Positions 1 through 13,930 of a stretch of DNA of 64,000 bases are shown piece after piece. The stretch is taken from assembly GCA_951406725.2 (NCBI GenBank), contig OX597815.1, positions 116,250,001 to 116,314,000 of the forward strand, read 5' to 3'. Under the pieces are notes generated by a model. That model had not been told where the DNA came from. It saw only the letters and a program-made list of their open reading frames with translations, and did no database searches. The DNA comes from Octopus vulgaris. Taxonomy: Eukaryota. The position numbers were made by a program, and so were the translations under genes. Numbering within the stretch: position 1 is the stretch's first letter; every line of letters begins with the position of its first letter.

Positions 1-927
1 GTTGTCCTGCAGGAGGAGGATGCCTTTGCTGATCTTGCCCCGCCTCTTGATTTTCATAGCTTCTCTTAATTTCCTCAAAAGTGAAGCATAATAGGCTCCT
101 GTAATTGTGGTACCCTTTGCCAGGAAATCTGTCATCACTACTCCGTCCTGGTCCCAGAAGACTGTGAGCATAACCTTGTCAGCGGAGGGCTGCACCCTTG
201 CCTTCTTTGGAGGAGGTGAGTCACGGTGCTTTCACTGCATTGACTGGGCTTTGGTCTATGGATCATAGTGATGGACCCAGGTTTTATCCTGTGTGATCAG
301 TCATTTGAAAAATTTTGACTCATCTTCTTGGCACATCTCCAAATTCATCCTCGAGCACTCAACGCGTTCTTGCTTCTAGAAAGGTGTGAGCAACCTGGAA
401 ATCCATCTGGCAGACACCTTTTGCATATGCAAATAGTCATGAATGATAGTTTCCACAGACTCGGTACTAATCTTGACGTTATGGGCTATTTGGCGAATAG
501 TTATGCGTTGACCTTCCAAAATGGCAGCCTCAACTTGACGGACAGACGTCTCATCAACGGCAGAAGGGGGCGACCAGATCTGGGAGCTGTTTCCACAGAG
601 TTCCGACTATGTTTGAATTCACAATGCCAGCGTTTTACAAGGTCATATGACGGGGCATCATCACCATAAGTTACTTTCATTTCATCAAAAGTCTCCCGTG
701 AAGTGCGTCCTTTCAAATACAAAAACCAGATCACTGCTCGACACTCAACAGGCTCCATTTCACACTTGACTCAGTTCAAACACCTGTAAATCAGAAACCA
801 CAATTAGTTCAGAGCTGTAATTTGCCATCTACTCTATAGAGATATAAATAATAGCACACGCAAAATTTCAGCTAGATCAAACAACTGCAAGTGGGTCAGG
901 GGCATTACTTATTGAACGCCCCTCGTA
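1..927 (-). mobile_element. Mariner transposon copy 1 (5' part; continues off the window start), frameshifted transposase
   Basis: The TIR ...ATTACTTATTGAACGCCCCTCG plus TA ends at 927. ORF 501-758 (MEPVECRAVIWFLYLKGRT...RSGRP) is near-identical to the transposase at 24621 and is frameshifted after RSGRP. Confidence 0.95.
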
Positions 928-1940
928 AGTGAAACAGGAAACGTAAACCTTATCCTGAGCAAAATAAACTGCCAGAGTCAATATACGAACTCATGATTTT
1001 TGATTACTGTAGACGACATTTTATTTATTGACCAGTACATTCAGTAATTCCTCACAGAAGCTGTAAGACTTCTTTTGAGAATTATTGAACGTATTCTTTC
1101 TTCGCTGTAAAAATGACCTAACAATGTACCTTTTGTTCAACGAAGCTACAAATGGTAATATATGTTGTAGAATTTAGAATGTCACTATTCATCTTGATCC
1201 ATATTAATTTGAGTTTAAAGAAAAAAGCTTAAGTACTCTTTGAATTCCTTTTTGTCTCCTGGTCAGTATAGAAAAATCTATCTATTGTATTAAATCGATG
1301 TTAATAGACTCTTTGGCGTATGGTACTTTAAAGTCAGTCAGATAAGGTATAAAGTTAAAAGAATACACCATGAAATAGATTGTTCGCTTAATCGAATTCT
1401 TTGTATTTTTCTTCATAGTTAGTTTTATTGTTCCTGATGGAAAATGAAAGTTGTATTTTTTTGGTGGGCGGGAAACATATCTAAATTCTTAAATTGATTG
1501 CAGATATACTCAGTTTTCGTATAGACCCAATTTTCTTCAGCCTGATTATCTTGACACTATTTGCGTTTTTTTCTTTTTCTTTTTTCTTTTCTTTTTTTTT
1601 TTGCTATTGATGACAACATCATCTTCTTTAAGTACGGGAAATGATTCTTCATTTGAATGCTGTCATTAATACGAGCAAACAGGGAAGTCTCTGCGTAGTC
1701 CTAGACCTCTAGAAGTAGCAGTCAAATTTCTCTCAAATCACATAGTAGCCGTCTTAAGAATTGAAGTGTTGGATAATATAGCATGTGATAGTTGCCCGTC
1801 AATGAACTGACTCCATCTACCATATCTAAAATCGGAAATGTCCATAGATCGCACTCTCAGTTTGCTTATATCGCCTTTATCATAATTTCCAGATCGATCT
1901 AATCTAAACTATTGAATTTAATTATTCAAAAATCATATAA

Positions 1941-2633
1941 GGCGCAGGTGTAGCCTCGTGGTAAGAAGTTTGCTTCCCAACCATGGTTCTTGGTTTTGTC
2001 CCACTGCGGGACATCTGGGGCAAGTATCCTCTACTATAGCCCCGGAGAATGCCGTCTGAATGGATTTGGTTGGCGGAAACTGAAAAAAGCCTATATATAC
2101 ACGATGCTGAAAAACTGAAAAAAACCTATCTATACACGATGTCGTGAGTTCGATTCCTGGACCGAGCTGTGTTGTGTTCTTGAGCAAGCCACTTTATTTC
2201 ACGTTACACCAGTTCAATCAGTTGTAGAAATGAGTTGCGACATCACTGGTGTCAGACTGTATTGGCTTCTACTTTTCCTTTGGATAACATCGGTGGTGGG
2301 GAGACGGGAGGCTGGTATGCATGGGCAACTGCTGGTCTTCCATAAACAATCTTGCCTGGAGTTGTGCCTCGGGGGGGGGGACTTTCTAAGTGCAATCTCA
2401 TGGTCATTCGTGACCGAAAAGGGTCTTTACCCATTACTTTATGTGTGTGTGTGTGTGTGTGTCCTCCACCATCGCTTGACAACCGGTGGTGATAAGTTTA
2501 CGTTCCCGTAACTTTGCAGTTCGGCGAAAAACACCAATAGAATAATTACCTGGCTTAAAAAACAGTAATACTAAAATTCTTCAAGGCGATAACCCAGCAT
2601 GGCCGCAGTCTAATGACTGAAACACGAAAAAGA
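1941..2633 (+). mobile_element. tRNA-derived SINE family B (CORE-like segment) interrupted by a second SINE (family D, about 2140-2440)
   Basis: The head GGCGCAGGTGTAGCC...GGTAAG and the tail CCAGCATGGCCGCAGTC..TGACTGAAAC match 13546-13930. The insert matches 14722-15050 in reverse. Confidence 0.8.
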
Positions 2634-3564
2634 TAGTAGATGAAACGATGCAGAAATGTAAAGTAATGATTGAATTAGCTAAATAAATGTTAAATTTTTT
2701 ATGTAAAGATGTATCTATGAGGTTTTAATTGTCAGTGAAGGCAATTTTAGGGCGATGTACTTCATTAGTATTTTATTTTATCGATAAAGATGGTTTGAAT
2801 GAGATGCGAACTCACAATGTAAATAACCAGATTTACTGCAAATAATTTGCCTTGATGTTCTGACGACTTCGCCAGTTCGAAAAATCCATAGTTTCTAAAT
2901 TTAAATATAATACCAGTAATTTTGATGGGAGAGGGTTTGTTGATACTACCGACCCTTGTACTTGGTTGGTATTTCATTTTATTGACCTCAGAGAGCTGTT
3001 AAGCAAAATTGACTTCGGTGGGATTTGAACTCTGTTCATAAAGAACTGGAAGATATAATGTAGAGTATTTTTCCCTTCGCTCCAACGATCCTGCTTGCTA
3101 GAAAACTGATTCTACAGCCATGTCATGATAATGACATTATTGGATTTCTATAAATGGGAAGGAAAGTAATTGATGACACTCATTATTCTTCACACACTTC
3201 AAATGTCGTTTGTCTTGTTAATAGAACGAATCCTAGTTCTCCCGGAAACCTACTTTGCTATACAATTAACCCTTAACCTGATTTACAGAAGAGAGCTGTC
3301 AAACGCTAGCCAATACCTGGTCAGTCATTTGGTTTGTCATACAAATGTTTCTATAGCAACGTTTGCTGGTGTGCCTTAAATGTGTTTCCATCACGCTGTT
3401 AAAGCGAAAATCAAGAAGCAAATCTCGTTGACGTGTGTCACTAATTCTCACTCAGCTATTCATTTCAATTTATCTTCACAGAAAATTTGATTTCATATTA
3501 GTTCAACAGTTATCTTTTGATTCTAAGTGCTCGTTTGGAAAAGCGAGCACTTAATTGTTGAGTA

Positions 3565-4120
3565 GGTGGTGAATTGGTTGAATAATTAGAGCGTCGAACA
3601 AAATTCTAACAATATTTAGCTATGATTCAAATTACGCCGAAGCTGACTTTGCCTTTCATCTGATCTGGGTCGATAAAATAAGTACCAGTTGAGCACTGGG
3701 GTTGATGTAATCCCAAAGTTGCTGGCCTTCCCCAAAGTTGCTGGCCTTTTGCCAAAATTACAATTAAGGCGGCGAGCTGGCAGTATTGTTAGTATTCCGG
3801 GCGAAATGCTTAGCAGTATTTCGTCTGCCGTTATGTTCTAGGTTCAAATTCCGCCGAGGTCGACTTTGCCTTTCATCCTTTCGGGGTCGATAAATTAAGT
3901 ACCATTTATGCACTGGGGTCGATTTAATCGACTTAATCCATTTGTCTGTCCTTGTTTGTCCTCTCTGTGTTTAGCCCTTAGTGGGTAGTAAAGGAATAAG
4001 TATTTCATCCGTCTTCACTTTCTGAGATCAAATTTCGCCTTTCGTCCTTTCGGGGTCGATGTAATTCACTTACCTCTCGCCCAAACTTACTGACCTTGTG
4101 CCAAAATTTGAAACCAATAT
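3565..4120 (+). mobile_element. tRNA-derived SINE family A copies (Nin/Deu-like domain)
   Basis: GGCGGCGAGCTGGCAG (A box), GTTCAAATT (B box) and the GCCTTTCATCCTTTCGGGGTCGATAAA.TAAGTACC core. About 20 copies occur in the window. Confidence 0.85.
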
Positions 4121-4394
4121 TTAGTTACAATTCTTTACAGTTAATATCCCATTGAGCTTAATTTTGCCTTTCATCTCAATACCCGTCAAGTATTGTGGAG
4201 ATTTAAACGTTCCTATAATGTGTCCAAAATATGACTGAATAGATAACGAGAACATACCACATACAGGATATGTGTACAACCGAAATGACCAACCAGCTGA
4301 CGAAGCATTAAAAATGGCGTATATGAATATAAGGTGTTGATTCTTTCCCAATATTTTGCAGGTAGCGAAATTTAAAATATATCTTTTATCTTTT

Positions 4395-4613
4395 ATTTAT
4401 TTCAGTCATTGGACTGCGGCCATGTTGGGGTACTGATTTAAAAGGTTTCGTTGAACTGATCCCCGTACTTACTTGTACTTTCTCGTTCCCTTTTGCCGAA
4501 CCACTTATTTACGGTGATGTAAACAAGGCAACAATAATTGTCAAGCAGCTGAAGAATAACCACAAACACAAAGACATACATAAGCGCGAGAGCGCGCACA
4601 CACACACGCACAA

Positions 4614-4658
<45 letters not shown>

Positions 4659-4815
4659 CGACGGGTTTCCACACAATTTCCGTATACTAAATTCATTCAC
4701 AATGCAGGCATTGATTAGCTCGCAGTTATAGTAGAAGATATTTGGTCAAGGTGCCGTATGATGGAACTGAAACCAAAACTAAGTGGTTTCAAATCAAGCT
4801 ATGCCTGTACCTGTA
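4395..4815 (-). mobile_element. SINE family B with internal (CA)n
   Basis: Reverse-complement match to 13546-13930. Confidence 0.8.
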
Positions 4816-4860
4816 TGCTTTACCGGTTTGCCTGTGTGAGGATGTGTTTCAGAAAAGAGT

Positions 4861-4931
<71 letters not shown>

Positions 4932-5399
4932 CACAGACACTTACGAAAGGGAAAATTTTGTAATTTTGAAAATCACACCAGAAATTTATTATCTACTAAA
5001 GATGACCTGCTGAGATGATGGAGAAAAATTGGAGTCAGGCCAAAACTGAAGATGCTGACAGGCAAGTTCGGCGAATCTAGTTGATAGAAGGTGATGGGAG
5101 AGGAAGGTGGTTGGAGTTATAAAAAGCCTCGACCCTGGTTAGATAGGGGCTCCCACTCTTCTGTGGGCGGAATGCCTATATTTGTTGTGTGTGCTAAATT
5201 TTTGACCTAGCTTCAATCTGCGTTAACTCTTTGCCCCATACTACAATTTTTACATATATGTTATTCTTACATTATTTCTCAGCTCTTTTTGAATGACATA
5301 TTTGTATTGTATAAATGAATGAGCACTTGGGGCCTCATAATATATAATAAAATATTCACATGCAATAAGGAAAGGATAATCGTTATTATTAATGGTGAA

Positions 5400-6072
5400 G
5401 GCGGTGAGCTGGCAGAATCGCTAGCCCGCCGGACAAAATGCCTAGCAGCATTTCGTCCGTTTTCATGTTCTAAGTTCAAATGCTGCCGAGGTCGACTTTG
5501 CCTTTCATCCTCTCAGGGCCGATAAGATAAGTACCAGTTGAGCACTGGGGTCGACGTAATCGACTTATCCCCTCCCCTGAATTTGCTGGCCTTGTGCCAA
5601 AATTTGAAACCATTATTATTTATGGTGGTAAATGACCAGGTTAGCAGAATCGTTAGCGTATCAGATATAACGCTTGGCGGCATTTCTCCCGCCTTTTTAC
5701 GTTCTCAGTTCAAATTCCGCCAAGGTCCTCTTGATCTTTCATCCTTTCGAGATCGATAAAATAAGTACCAGTTGAGCATTGAGATCGATGTAATCTACTT
5801 TGCCACCCAACTTAAATCTCTGGCTTTGTGCTAAAATTTGAAACCAATATTATTAAAGGTGGTGAATTTGCTGAATCGTCATAATGTTGAAAATATCTTT
5901 TAGCATTTGTTCCGGCTTTTTACATTTTGAGTTCAAATTCCACCAAGATCATCTTTGCCTTTCATCTCTTCGGAATCGATAAAATGAAGTACCACTCAAA
6001 TAGTAGAGTTGATGTAATCGACTAAATTCCTCATTTCAAAAATTGCTGATCTTGTGCTTAAACTTGAAACAA
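5400..6072 (+). mobile_element. Three head-to-tail SINE family A copies
   Basis: The unit GG(C/T)GGTGA..GCAGAATCG ... CCAAAATTTGAAACC starts at about 5400, 5625 and 5857. Confidence 0.85.
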
Positions 6073-6107
6073 TCATTGCTGCTGTTATTGTTGCGTCTTT
6101 AAAATCT

Positions 6108-6315
6108 TATCTTCTATGGGCACAAGGCCTGAAATTAAGATGACGGGGACTAGTCAATTTTACTGACCCCAGCTCCTGACTAGTATTTATTTTATCGAAC
6201 TCCGAAAGGACGAAAGGCAAAGTCGATCTTGGCAGAACTTGAATTCAGAATTTAAAACTGGAAGAAATGCCGCTAAGCATTTTATCCGGCATGCGAACAA
6301 TTCTGCCAATTCAAC
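6108..6315 (-). mobile_element. SINE family A
   Basis: Reverse-complement core (CGAAAGGACGAAAGGCAAAGTCGA). Confidence 0.8.
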
Positions 6316-6748
6316 ATCCCAAAGTAGTATCTTTAAAATATTCAATATTCTAAATAAAATAATTATTGTTTTGAAGCTACATTTTAAGCATTTACTTAGA
6401 TTCGGGGTGGTTACTTTGTTCATTATCGGAAATGATTTTTCCACTATACTAAGTCAAAGGTTTCAGCTGAGTAAATGTGTGTGTGTGTTTGCCGTTTTTG
6501 TATTTGTTTGGTATGATCTTGTATTTGTGTAATCAAATTGACCGTGTATTGAATGTATCGTATATATCTTTACAGTTTATCTATCCAGATGATGTTTTGC
6601 AATAAATTTATACATTGTATATTTTTCACTACTTAAATTTAGCGTGCATAAGAAAAGTAACTTTTACATGTGGGTGCGAAATATGCCAAAATTGATGTAG
6701 CTTTAGACATGCAAAGTACTTTTTGACGCATTTGTTCAATTCACACAA

Positions 6749-6822
<74 letters not shown>

Positions 6823-7350
6823 GAGTGTTTGTGCATGTAAATTTGTGTCGGGTTGATGAAGTACTAAAATAAATGCCCAACGCCTGTGTCAAGCTTTCTG
6901 CACCGTGACTCAAGACAATAAATTGTTTGATTTCGCAGCAACCTACACATTTCAACATTTTAACATTGCTTTTTCATGTCCAATAATCGATAAAGCTTCG
7001 ATAAATACGAACGTATCGAGAAAAATGAGAAAGCATCTAAATGATCTATTCACGCATTAAAAATAACAGCTAAACCGCCATTGTCTTAAGGGAAGGACAC
7101 ATTGTATAATGTAATTCTAGACATAATCTTAAAAGACGGTGTGGAATAGATGTATTTAGTCAAGGTTGACTAGGAGCTAAACAATAAAAAGCAACATTAT
7201 ACGTTTATATCTAGTTGTGCTTCTCAATTTATATTACATTAAGGTTTTATTGTTTGTTTAATAATTCTGGCTTTCTTCTTCGAGAAGAAAGGGATCTTAT
7301 CAATTCAATTCAATACAGTATCTAACTGGTGTTATTTTATCACAATATAA

Positions 7351-7950
7351 AGGTGATGAGCTGGCAGAATCGTTAGCACGCCGGGCGAAATGCTTAGCGG
7401 TATTTCGTCTGCCGTTACGGTCTGAGTTCAAATTCCGCCGAGGTCGACTTTGCCTTTCATCCTTTCGGGATCGATAAATTAAGCACCAGTTACGCACTGG
7501 GGTCGATGTAATCGACTTAATCCGTTTGCCTGTCCTTGTTTATCCCCTCTATGTTTAGCCCCCTTGTGAGCAATAAAGAAATAAGAATCGTTAGTACGCC
7601 GGACAACAATGTTTAGCTGCATTTCTTGCGGCTTTACGTTCTGGGGTCAAACACCACCGAGGTCGATTTTACTCTTCTTCATTTCGAGGTCGGTGAAACA
7701 AGTACCAGTCGAGCACTGGAGTTGATGTAACCGTCGAGCTCCTTCCTACCAAATTTTAGGCCTTGTGCCTTTAGTAGAAAACTATTATCCCAATATAAGG
7801 CGGTGGTATGACAGAATCGGAAGTGGGATGAGCTGAATACCTTGTAGTATTTGTTCCTGTTGTTTTCATTCTCAGATAAATCCCGCCTAGGTCATCTTTG
7901 CCGTTCATATTTCTGCGATCGATAAATAAATACCAGTGAAGCACTGATTC
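7351..7950 (+). mobile_element. SINE family A tandem cluster
   Basis: A well-preserved first copy (7351-7580) is followed by two degenerate copies. Confidence 0.85.
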
Positions 7951-8641
7951 GATGTTTTTGTTGAGTTCTTTTTTTCTGTCTGTGGCACCACTATTTAGTA
8001 AATCAATAATTGATAGAGGTTGTCCTGCTTTGGATGTTGTCTTTTGTAGACGGCTGATCTGCTACATTTGAGAGAAATGTATCTAGATACTATTAAAAGT
8101 CTCAGTCAGACGAACTATAGTCATGTTCGGTAATACCTTTCATGGCAGTTACACAACTTTTTCTCAAAGACCTTTAAATGCTTAACTGTAATAGTATAGG
8201 TTCCTGGTATATGAGTTTGAAAAAGGAATTTGGCAGTTTTACAGTTCCATACGGTGTGTTATAAATAACACGTCCTCTAAACATTTATGAAGTGAACACT
8301 TGAATAAGAGTTGGTGTAAATTGTTAGCAGGTATATAGACTTCAGAAACCTACGACCAACCTTTTAGCATCTAGAAGCCATTGGTAGAAATGTTTTATAC
8401 TGCTATAAGTTTCGATAGTGGTTGTAAATAGAAACTTTAATGATCGCTAATAAACGTTTCTTATCGAAATGTTAATTGTTATCGAAATGTTTATTATCAA
8501 ACAATAAGTAAGTAGAAGAGGAGACAGAGACAATGCGGCACAAAAAGCTTTAGAAATAGTTTCATTGGAGTATATTTCTTGCATTCTTTTACAGGCTTCA
8601 GTCATTGGATTGTGCTGATATTGAAGCATCTCTGTTCAGAC

Positions 8642-8779
8642 CAGTTAAGGGCAAACTGCAGCCCAAGTTTCTGAAAACTTAAGCGAAAAATTACCTTGGA
8701 TATTTTTAGTAGTGCGTCCCACCAGATTATCGGTCATATCTCATGCGGCCCACTTCTAGAAAAAGGTTGCTCATGCCTG
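8642..8779. mobile_element. Degenerate hAT-like MITE
   Basis: CAGTTAAGGGCAAACTGCAGCCC ... GCGGCCC ... TTGCTCATGCCTG, followed by GTCTAGAG, which resembles a Charlie-type target. Confidence 0.4.
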
Positions 8780-9065
8780 GTCTAGAGTATAATCGGTTAC
8801 AATGACCACAGTTTTTTTTCATTATCGATTGATACCAATTTTATTGACATCCAAACGATGAAAAACAAAGTGGAAGTAGGAGTATCTTGAACTCAAAACA
8901 TGCAAGGAGGCAACCAAGTGCCACAAACTATTTTGCGTGATGCTTAACTTCTTTTATTATCCATCTGCCATTGTTTTGTATTTAAATCTCACCAAACTTG
9001 TCTCTGTCTATTATCCTCCGGGAGTAGATAACAAAAATAAAATACCAACGTAAGTGTTTGAAAAT

Positions 9066-9274
9066 CCTTTCTACTAAAGGCACAAGGCCTGAAATTTTGG
9101 AGTAGGGAACTAGTCGATTACATCGACCCCAGTATTTAGCTGGTACTTATTTTATCGACCCCGAAAAGATGAGAGGCAAAGTCGACCTCGGTGGAATTTG
9201 AACTCAGAACGTACAGACTGACGAAATGCCGCTAAGCATTTTGCCCGACGTGCTAACGGTTCAGCCAGCTCACC
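9066..9274 (-). mobile_element. SINE family A
   Basis: Reverse complement of the family pattern seen elsewhere in the window. Confidence 0.85.
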
Positions 9275-9591
9275 GTGTTTAAAAATCCGTTTGAGGTATT
9301 GCGATGTGTCAGCAATTGTGATGTTTGAAGCATTGCGATGCGTGAGCAAAATGGTGAGTTTTAATAAAACTTTATGGCAATGCGAGCGAGGAAGAAAAAA
9401 ACGGGATAAAATACAGCGTTACTAATAAATAACAGAAAGGCAAATATGTAGAAATGGCTAAAATCCCATTTTTTATATTTCAATATTTTGGGAATAAAAA
9501 ATCCCTTCGTCGGGTAGCGTGAGGAGAGTTTTCCGAGTCAGTTTATAAACGGAATGTAAGGTATTTTCACATATTTATTATCTATTGAAGT

Positions 9592-9893
9592 GGAGGCACA
9601 TGGCCTAGTGGTTAGAGCAGCAGAGTCACGGTCGAGGGATCGCGGGTTCGAATCTCAGACCGGGCGATGTGTGTGTTTATGAGCGAAACACTTAAGCTCC
9701 ACGCGGCTCCGGCAGAAGGTAATGGCAAACTTCTGCTGACTCTTTTGCTACAACTTTCTCTCACTCTCTCCTCCTGCATCTTGCAGCTCACCTACGACGG
9801 ACAGGCGTCCCGTCCAGGTGGGGAACCTATACGCCAAGGAAAACGGGAAACCGGTCCTTATGAGCCAGGCATTGCTCGAGAAGGAACAAACAA
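9592..9893 (+). mobile_element. tRNA-derived SINE family C (V-SINE-like)
   Basis: A box TGGCCTAGTGG, B box GGTTCGAATC, and the segment GGACAGGCGTCCCGTCCAGG...GGAAACCGG. Related copies lie at about 19070-19217, 23625-23830, 48040-48410 and 63030-63155. Confidence 0.8.
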
Positions 9894-10788
9894 TTATTTA
9901 TTGACAACGCCATATTTTATTCTGTCTTATTTTTCACTCGCATTGCCATAAGTTTTTATTAAAATTCGCGTACCAGTAATATAGAGCCACATAATTTCTG
10001 TTAAATCTCCTTCAATCTTCTTTTCTACAAAGAAAAAAGAAATACATTATTAATCAAAATCATTTCAAAATTTAAAAAGATCACTGCAGCAATGGTTTGG
10101 ATACAAATTTGCAACTCACGAGCCATCCGATTCATTTAGTCATTATGCTTCAACATTTAAATTGCAATGTAAAAGCAATAAATAAATGCAAAACAGAAGT
10201 TTGGATGTTTTATCTCTGAAATTAAGAGCTTTGATTCACAATCAGAAACTCTTACTGATCAAAGTTTCATTCTCTGCTTACCTATGTAGCCATACTAATG
10301 ACCAAACATAAACATCTCGAACGAGTATCCCCTCATTTACATATTGCTCAAATGTTTCACATCATCATTGCATTCTTAAACAACCTCTAACATTTATAAA
10401 CAAGCTGTAATTTTCTCTTCTTATCAGAGACATAGAAGATAAATGTAAATAAGAGAAGCGAATTTCATGTGGACTTAAAACGTTCTATGAAAATGCAAAT
10501 AAATCAGTCGTTTAGTATTATTGTGTTTGATATTTGAGAATGCCATCGATGAATACAAGGAAAAAATCACGCGAAATTCTAGTCTTTAGAGATGCATGGA
10601 AATTATTCCCATTAAGTGTATGTACTTTAGGTGAACGACTTGTGATTGTTATTTAAGTCAGCGGCATGATTTCCTTGAGCTACACACACATAGACACAAA
10701 CACACACGCGCGCACTTGAATACATCAAAATGCATAAAATACATACATACACGTGCATATTTGCGTATATACTGATACACACACACAT

Positions 10789-10789
<1 letters not shown>

Positions 10790-10868
<79 letters not shown>

Positions 10869-10871
10869 TTG

Positions 10872-10960
<89 letters not shown>

Positions 10961-10963
10961 TTG

Positions 10964-11011
<48 letters not shown>
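10790..11011. repeat. (GATA)n microsatellite
   Basis: Seen directly. Further GATA/TATC tracts occur at about 13040, 25980, 29605, 61690 and 62235. Confidence 0.98.
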
Positions 11012-11264
11012 CATGTGTGTATATATGTATATGTAGACAGGTGCATGTGTGTGTGTGTGTGTGTGTGTGTTTGTGTGTGTGTGTATGAAAATATATTTTC
11101 CAGTGGTTTTTACCCGGGAAATTTTTTGTTCAAAATATTTATATTTGTATGCATATTACAGGTAGTAACATTTATATAGGTGTATACCCGAATATAACAG
11201 TATTATATATAGGTATAACAGTATTATATATAGGTATATATATGTGTATGTGCAACATCGATAT

Positions 11265-11697
11265 TCTTCCCTGTTTGTGAAATTTTTGTATCTCTGCTGA
11301 AAGGCTTCATTTCCACACGCGCCAGCTTAATTCAATTCGTCCTTAGTCGAAAGACACCTGTTATGTCCTGTTATTATTTTTATTGTATTTTTTATTGTAT
11401 TTATATTTGTGTAACATTGTCCGTTTTTTTTCGCCCTTGTTTTTGTATACATTTGCTGCTTTCTTCCAAGGAATCTAATGCTCTTAGCTTAGTTTTTTCC
11501 TTAGGACTGGCCAGATTGGAGCAATCTCAAGAATAATCAACCGAAATTGCGAGGATAATATGGTTCTTGACTGAAGATTGAAAACTTCGAATGACCCCTC
11601 CTTGTTTTCTTTGTATCGTCTATTTGGATATTTTGTTGTCCCTTTTTGTATCACCTTGTTGCCCGGATGTTTTGTGTTCTTGTCTCATTTTGCATTA
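11265..11697 (+). mobile_element. Penelope-like element terminal (pLTR) fragment
   Basis: Homologous to 58400-58810 and 57855-58030 (GAAAGACACCTGTTATGTCCTG; CTGA.GAT.GAAAACT.CGAATGACC). The PLE assignment is inferred. Confidence 0.6.
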
Positions 11698-12883
11698 TAT
11701 ATATATATGTGTGTGTGTGTGTGTGCGTATATATACATACATGTGTGTGTGTGTGTGTGCGTATATATACATACATGTATGTGTGTGTGTGTGTATATAC
11801 ATACATACATACATGTGTGTGTGTGTGTGTGTATATGTGTACATACATACACAATAGAATAAACACGCATATGCTTTACGTACATATTTCAATTCATCGA
11901 TAATGGTTTTAAAAAAACGGCTACCAGATATCAATCAGGAGATGGCTCAATAAGAAATTCAAAATAAATTAGTGATATTGCATCTGCGTGGAAACTGAAC
12001 GGAAATGAAAGAATCCTATATATTCCAGGCAGCGTAGGTGTGTGCATATTGCGCGCGTGTGTGTGTGTGTGTGCGTGCTTAAATTCGTACACGTATAGAT
12101 TTACATACATATACACTCAAACACGTACATTATATACATGTGTATTTTAACACACACACATATATGAGTGTGTATATAAGTACAAGCATGCGTACATACA
12201 ATATATGTATATACATTATATACATGTATATATATATATCTATGCATACATATGTATTTGAACACGCACAAATGTGTATGTATGTGTTTATATATATATA
12301 TATATATATATACACATACACAATAACTTTAACACACATGTTTGATTATGTATATAATTACTATGTATATATAAATGTGTGCGTGTGCGTGTGTGTATGT
12401 ATACTATATATATACATATGTATACTCATAGGTGGATATAAACATGTATTCATGCAAGTATGCATATTATTAACAGTGGCAGAAAAGGTGTAAACTGGAG
12501 ATTTGGTAAAGCTCGGAGTGAATTAAATTTGTGTATTTAGCAGATGGTGAGGAAAACAGACGCCAGCTCTTACGGATGTTGATGTTGCCTTCTTTTGTGA
12601 TTTATTTCTCCTCAAGTGAGAAATACAACTGAGAAAGGCAGGCGAAGTTGTTACGTGAATTGGATTAAATGTTTTAGAATGAGATCCAGAATAACGGCTG
12701 AAACAAAGACATTTTAAGAAGGAAAGAATATCATGGATGAAGTGGGAGAAATGTAGAAAAGAAAGGAAAATATATTATAGAAATTGAGATGTGCCACATG
12801 TTGAAAACATCTCTAAGTTTTGAGCAAATGTTTACACACATACATACACGCACGCACTCAAACACACGCACACACACACTCTC

Positions 12884-12956
<73 letters not shown>

Positions 12957-13041
12957 TATATAAATATACACATATATTTATACATAAATATATTTACACT
13001 TGTTTATACATATATATATTTATACATACATACATACATAC

Positions 13042-13118
<77 letters not shown>

Positions 13119-13274
13119 CACAACGCAAAATTTACGAAGAAAATGGCAACGCGAAATAACAGCTTAAGTTGAAAACAAAGTGTAATTGATAAGTTGACAC
13201 TCAAGAATTGGAAAGAATAAATGTTTCATTAACATTTCGAGCGCAAGTTCTCCACATGAAAATTGGGCAATGAC

Positions 13275-13545
13275 CGAAAGGGTATGATCACGAATACAAA
13301 CAGTCGCAATGGGGCTCTTCAGAAATATTTCTGGAGTACGTTACCTCACAGGATGCGTAGCGCGGAGATCAGATACTCTCTCGGTCGAGCCGCTACTTCT
13401 CTGCATTGAGGGTTCACAGCTCTGCTACTACGGACATGAGATAAAAATGTCGCAAGAAAGAATCGTAAGACAGATTCTTCAAGCCCAGCCAACTGGCATG
13501 AGTCCTGGATGTGGACCAAGAGCGAAATGGTCGGATAATATCCAT
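13275..13545 (+). pseudogene. RTE LINE ORF C-terminal fragment
   Basis: QLCYYGHEIKM...GMSPGCGPRAKWSDNI resembles the RTE C-terminal LRWYGHV.RM...RGRPR..W.D motif. Confidence 0.7.
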
Positions 13546-13930
13546 AGGCGCAGGAGTGGCTGTGTGGTAAGTGGCTTGCTTACCACCCACATGGTTCCAG
13601 GTTCAGTCCTACTGCGTAGCACCTTGGGCAAGTGTCTTCTACTATAGCCTCAGGCTGACCAAAGCCTTATGAGTGGATTCAGTAGACGGAAACTGAAAGA
13701 AGCCCGTCGTATATGTGTGTGTGTGTGTTTGTGTGTCTGTGTTTGTCCCCCCAACATCGCTTGACAACCGATGCTGGTGTATTTTTACGTCCCCGTCACT
13801 TAGTGGTTCGGCAAGAGAGACCGATAGAATAAGTACTAGGCTTACAAAGAATAAGTCTTGGGGTCGATTTACTCGACTAAAGGCGGTGCTCCAGCATGGC
13901 CGAAGTCAAATGACTGAAACAAATAAAAGA
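13546..13930 (+). mobile_element. SINE family B, complete
   Basis: tRNA-like head, CCTTGGGCAAGT CORE-like segment, (TG)n and an A-rich tail. Confidence 0.9.

Noticed and set aside
3525-3553. Small hairpin AAGTGCTCGTTT-GGA-AAAGCGAGCACTT and a 19-bp duplication at 3711-3749
   Set aside because: Too short to assign function; prokaryote-style terminator logic does not apply here.
9592-9665. tRNA-like sequences with A and B boxes
   Set aside because: These are SINE heads followed by SINE bodies, with no proper cloverleaf or acceptor stem.
12530-12620. Possible plus-strand exon (TTTAGCAG|ATGGTGAGG...CAA|GTGAGA)
   Set aside because: Weak polypyrimidine tract, no partner exons and no recognisable homology.
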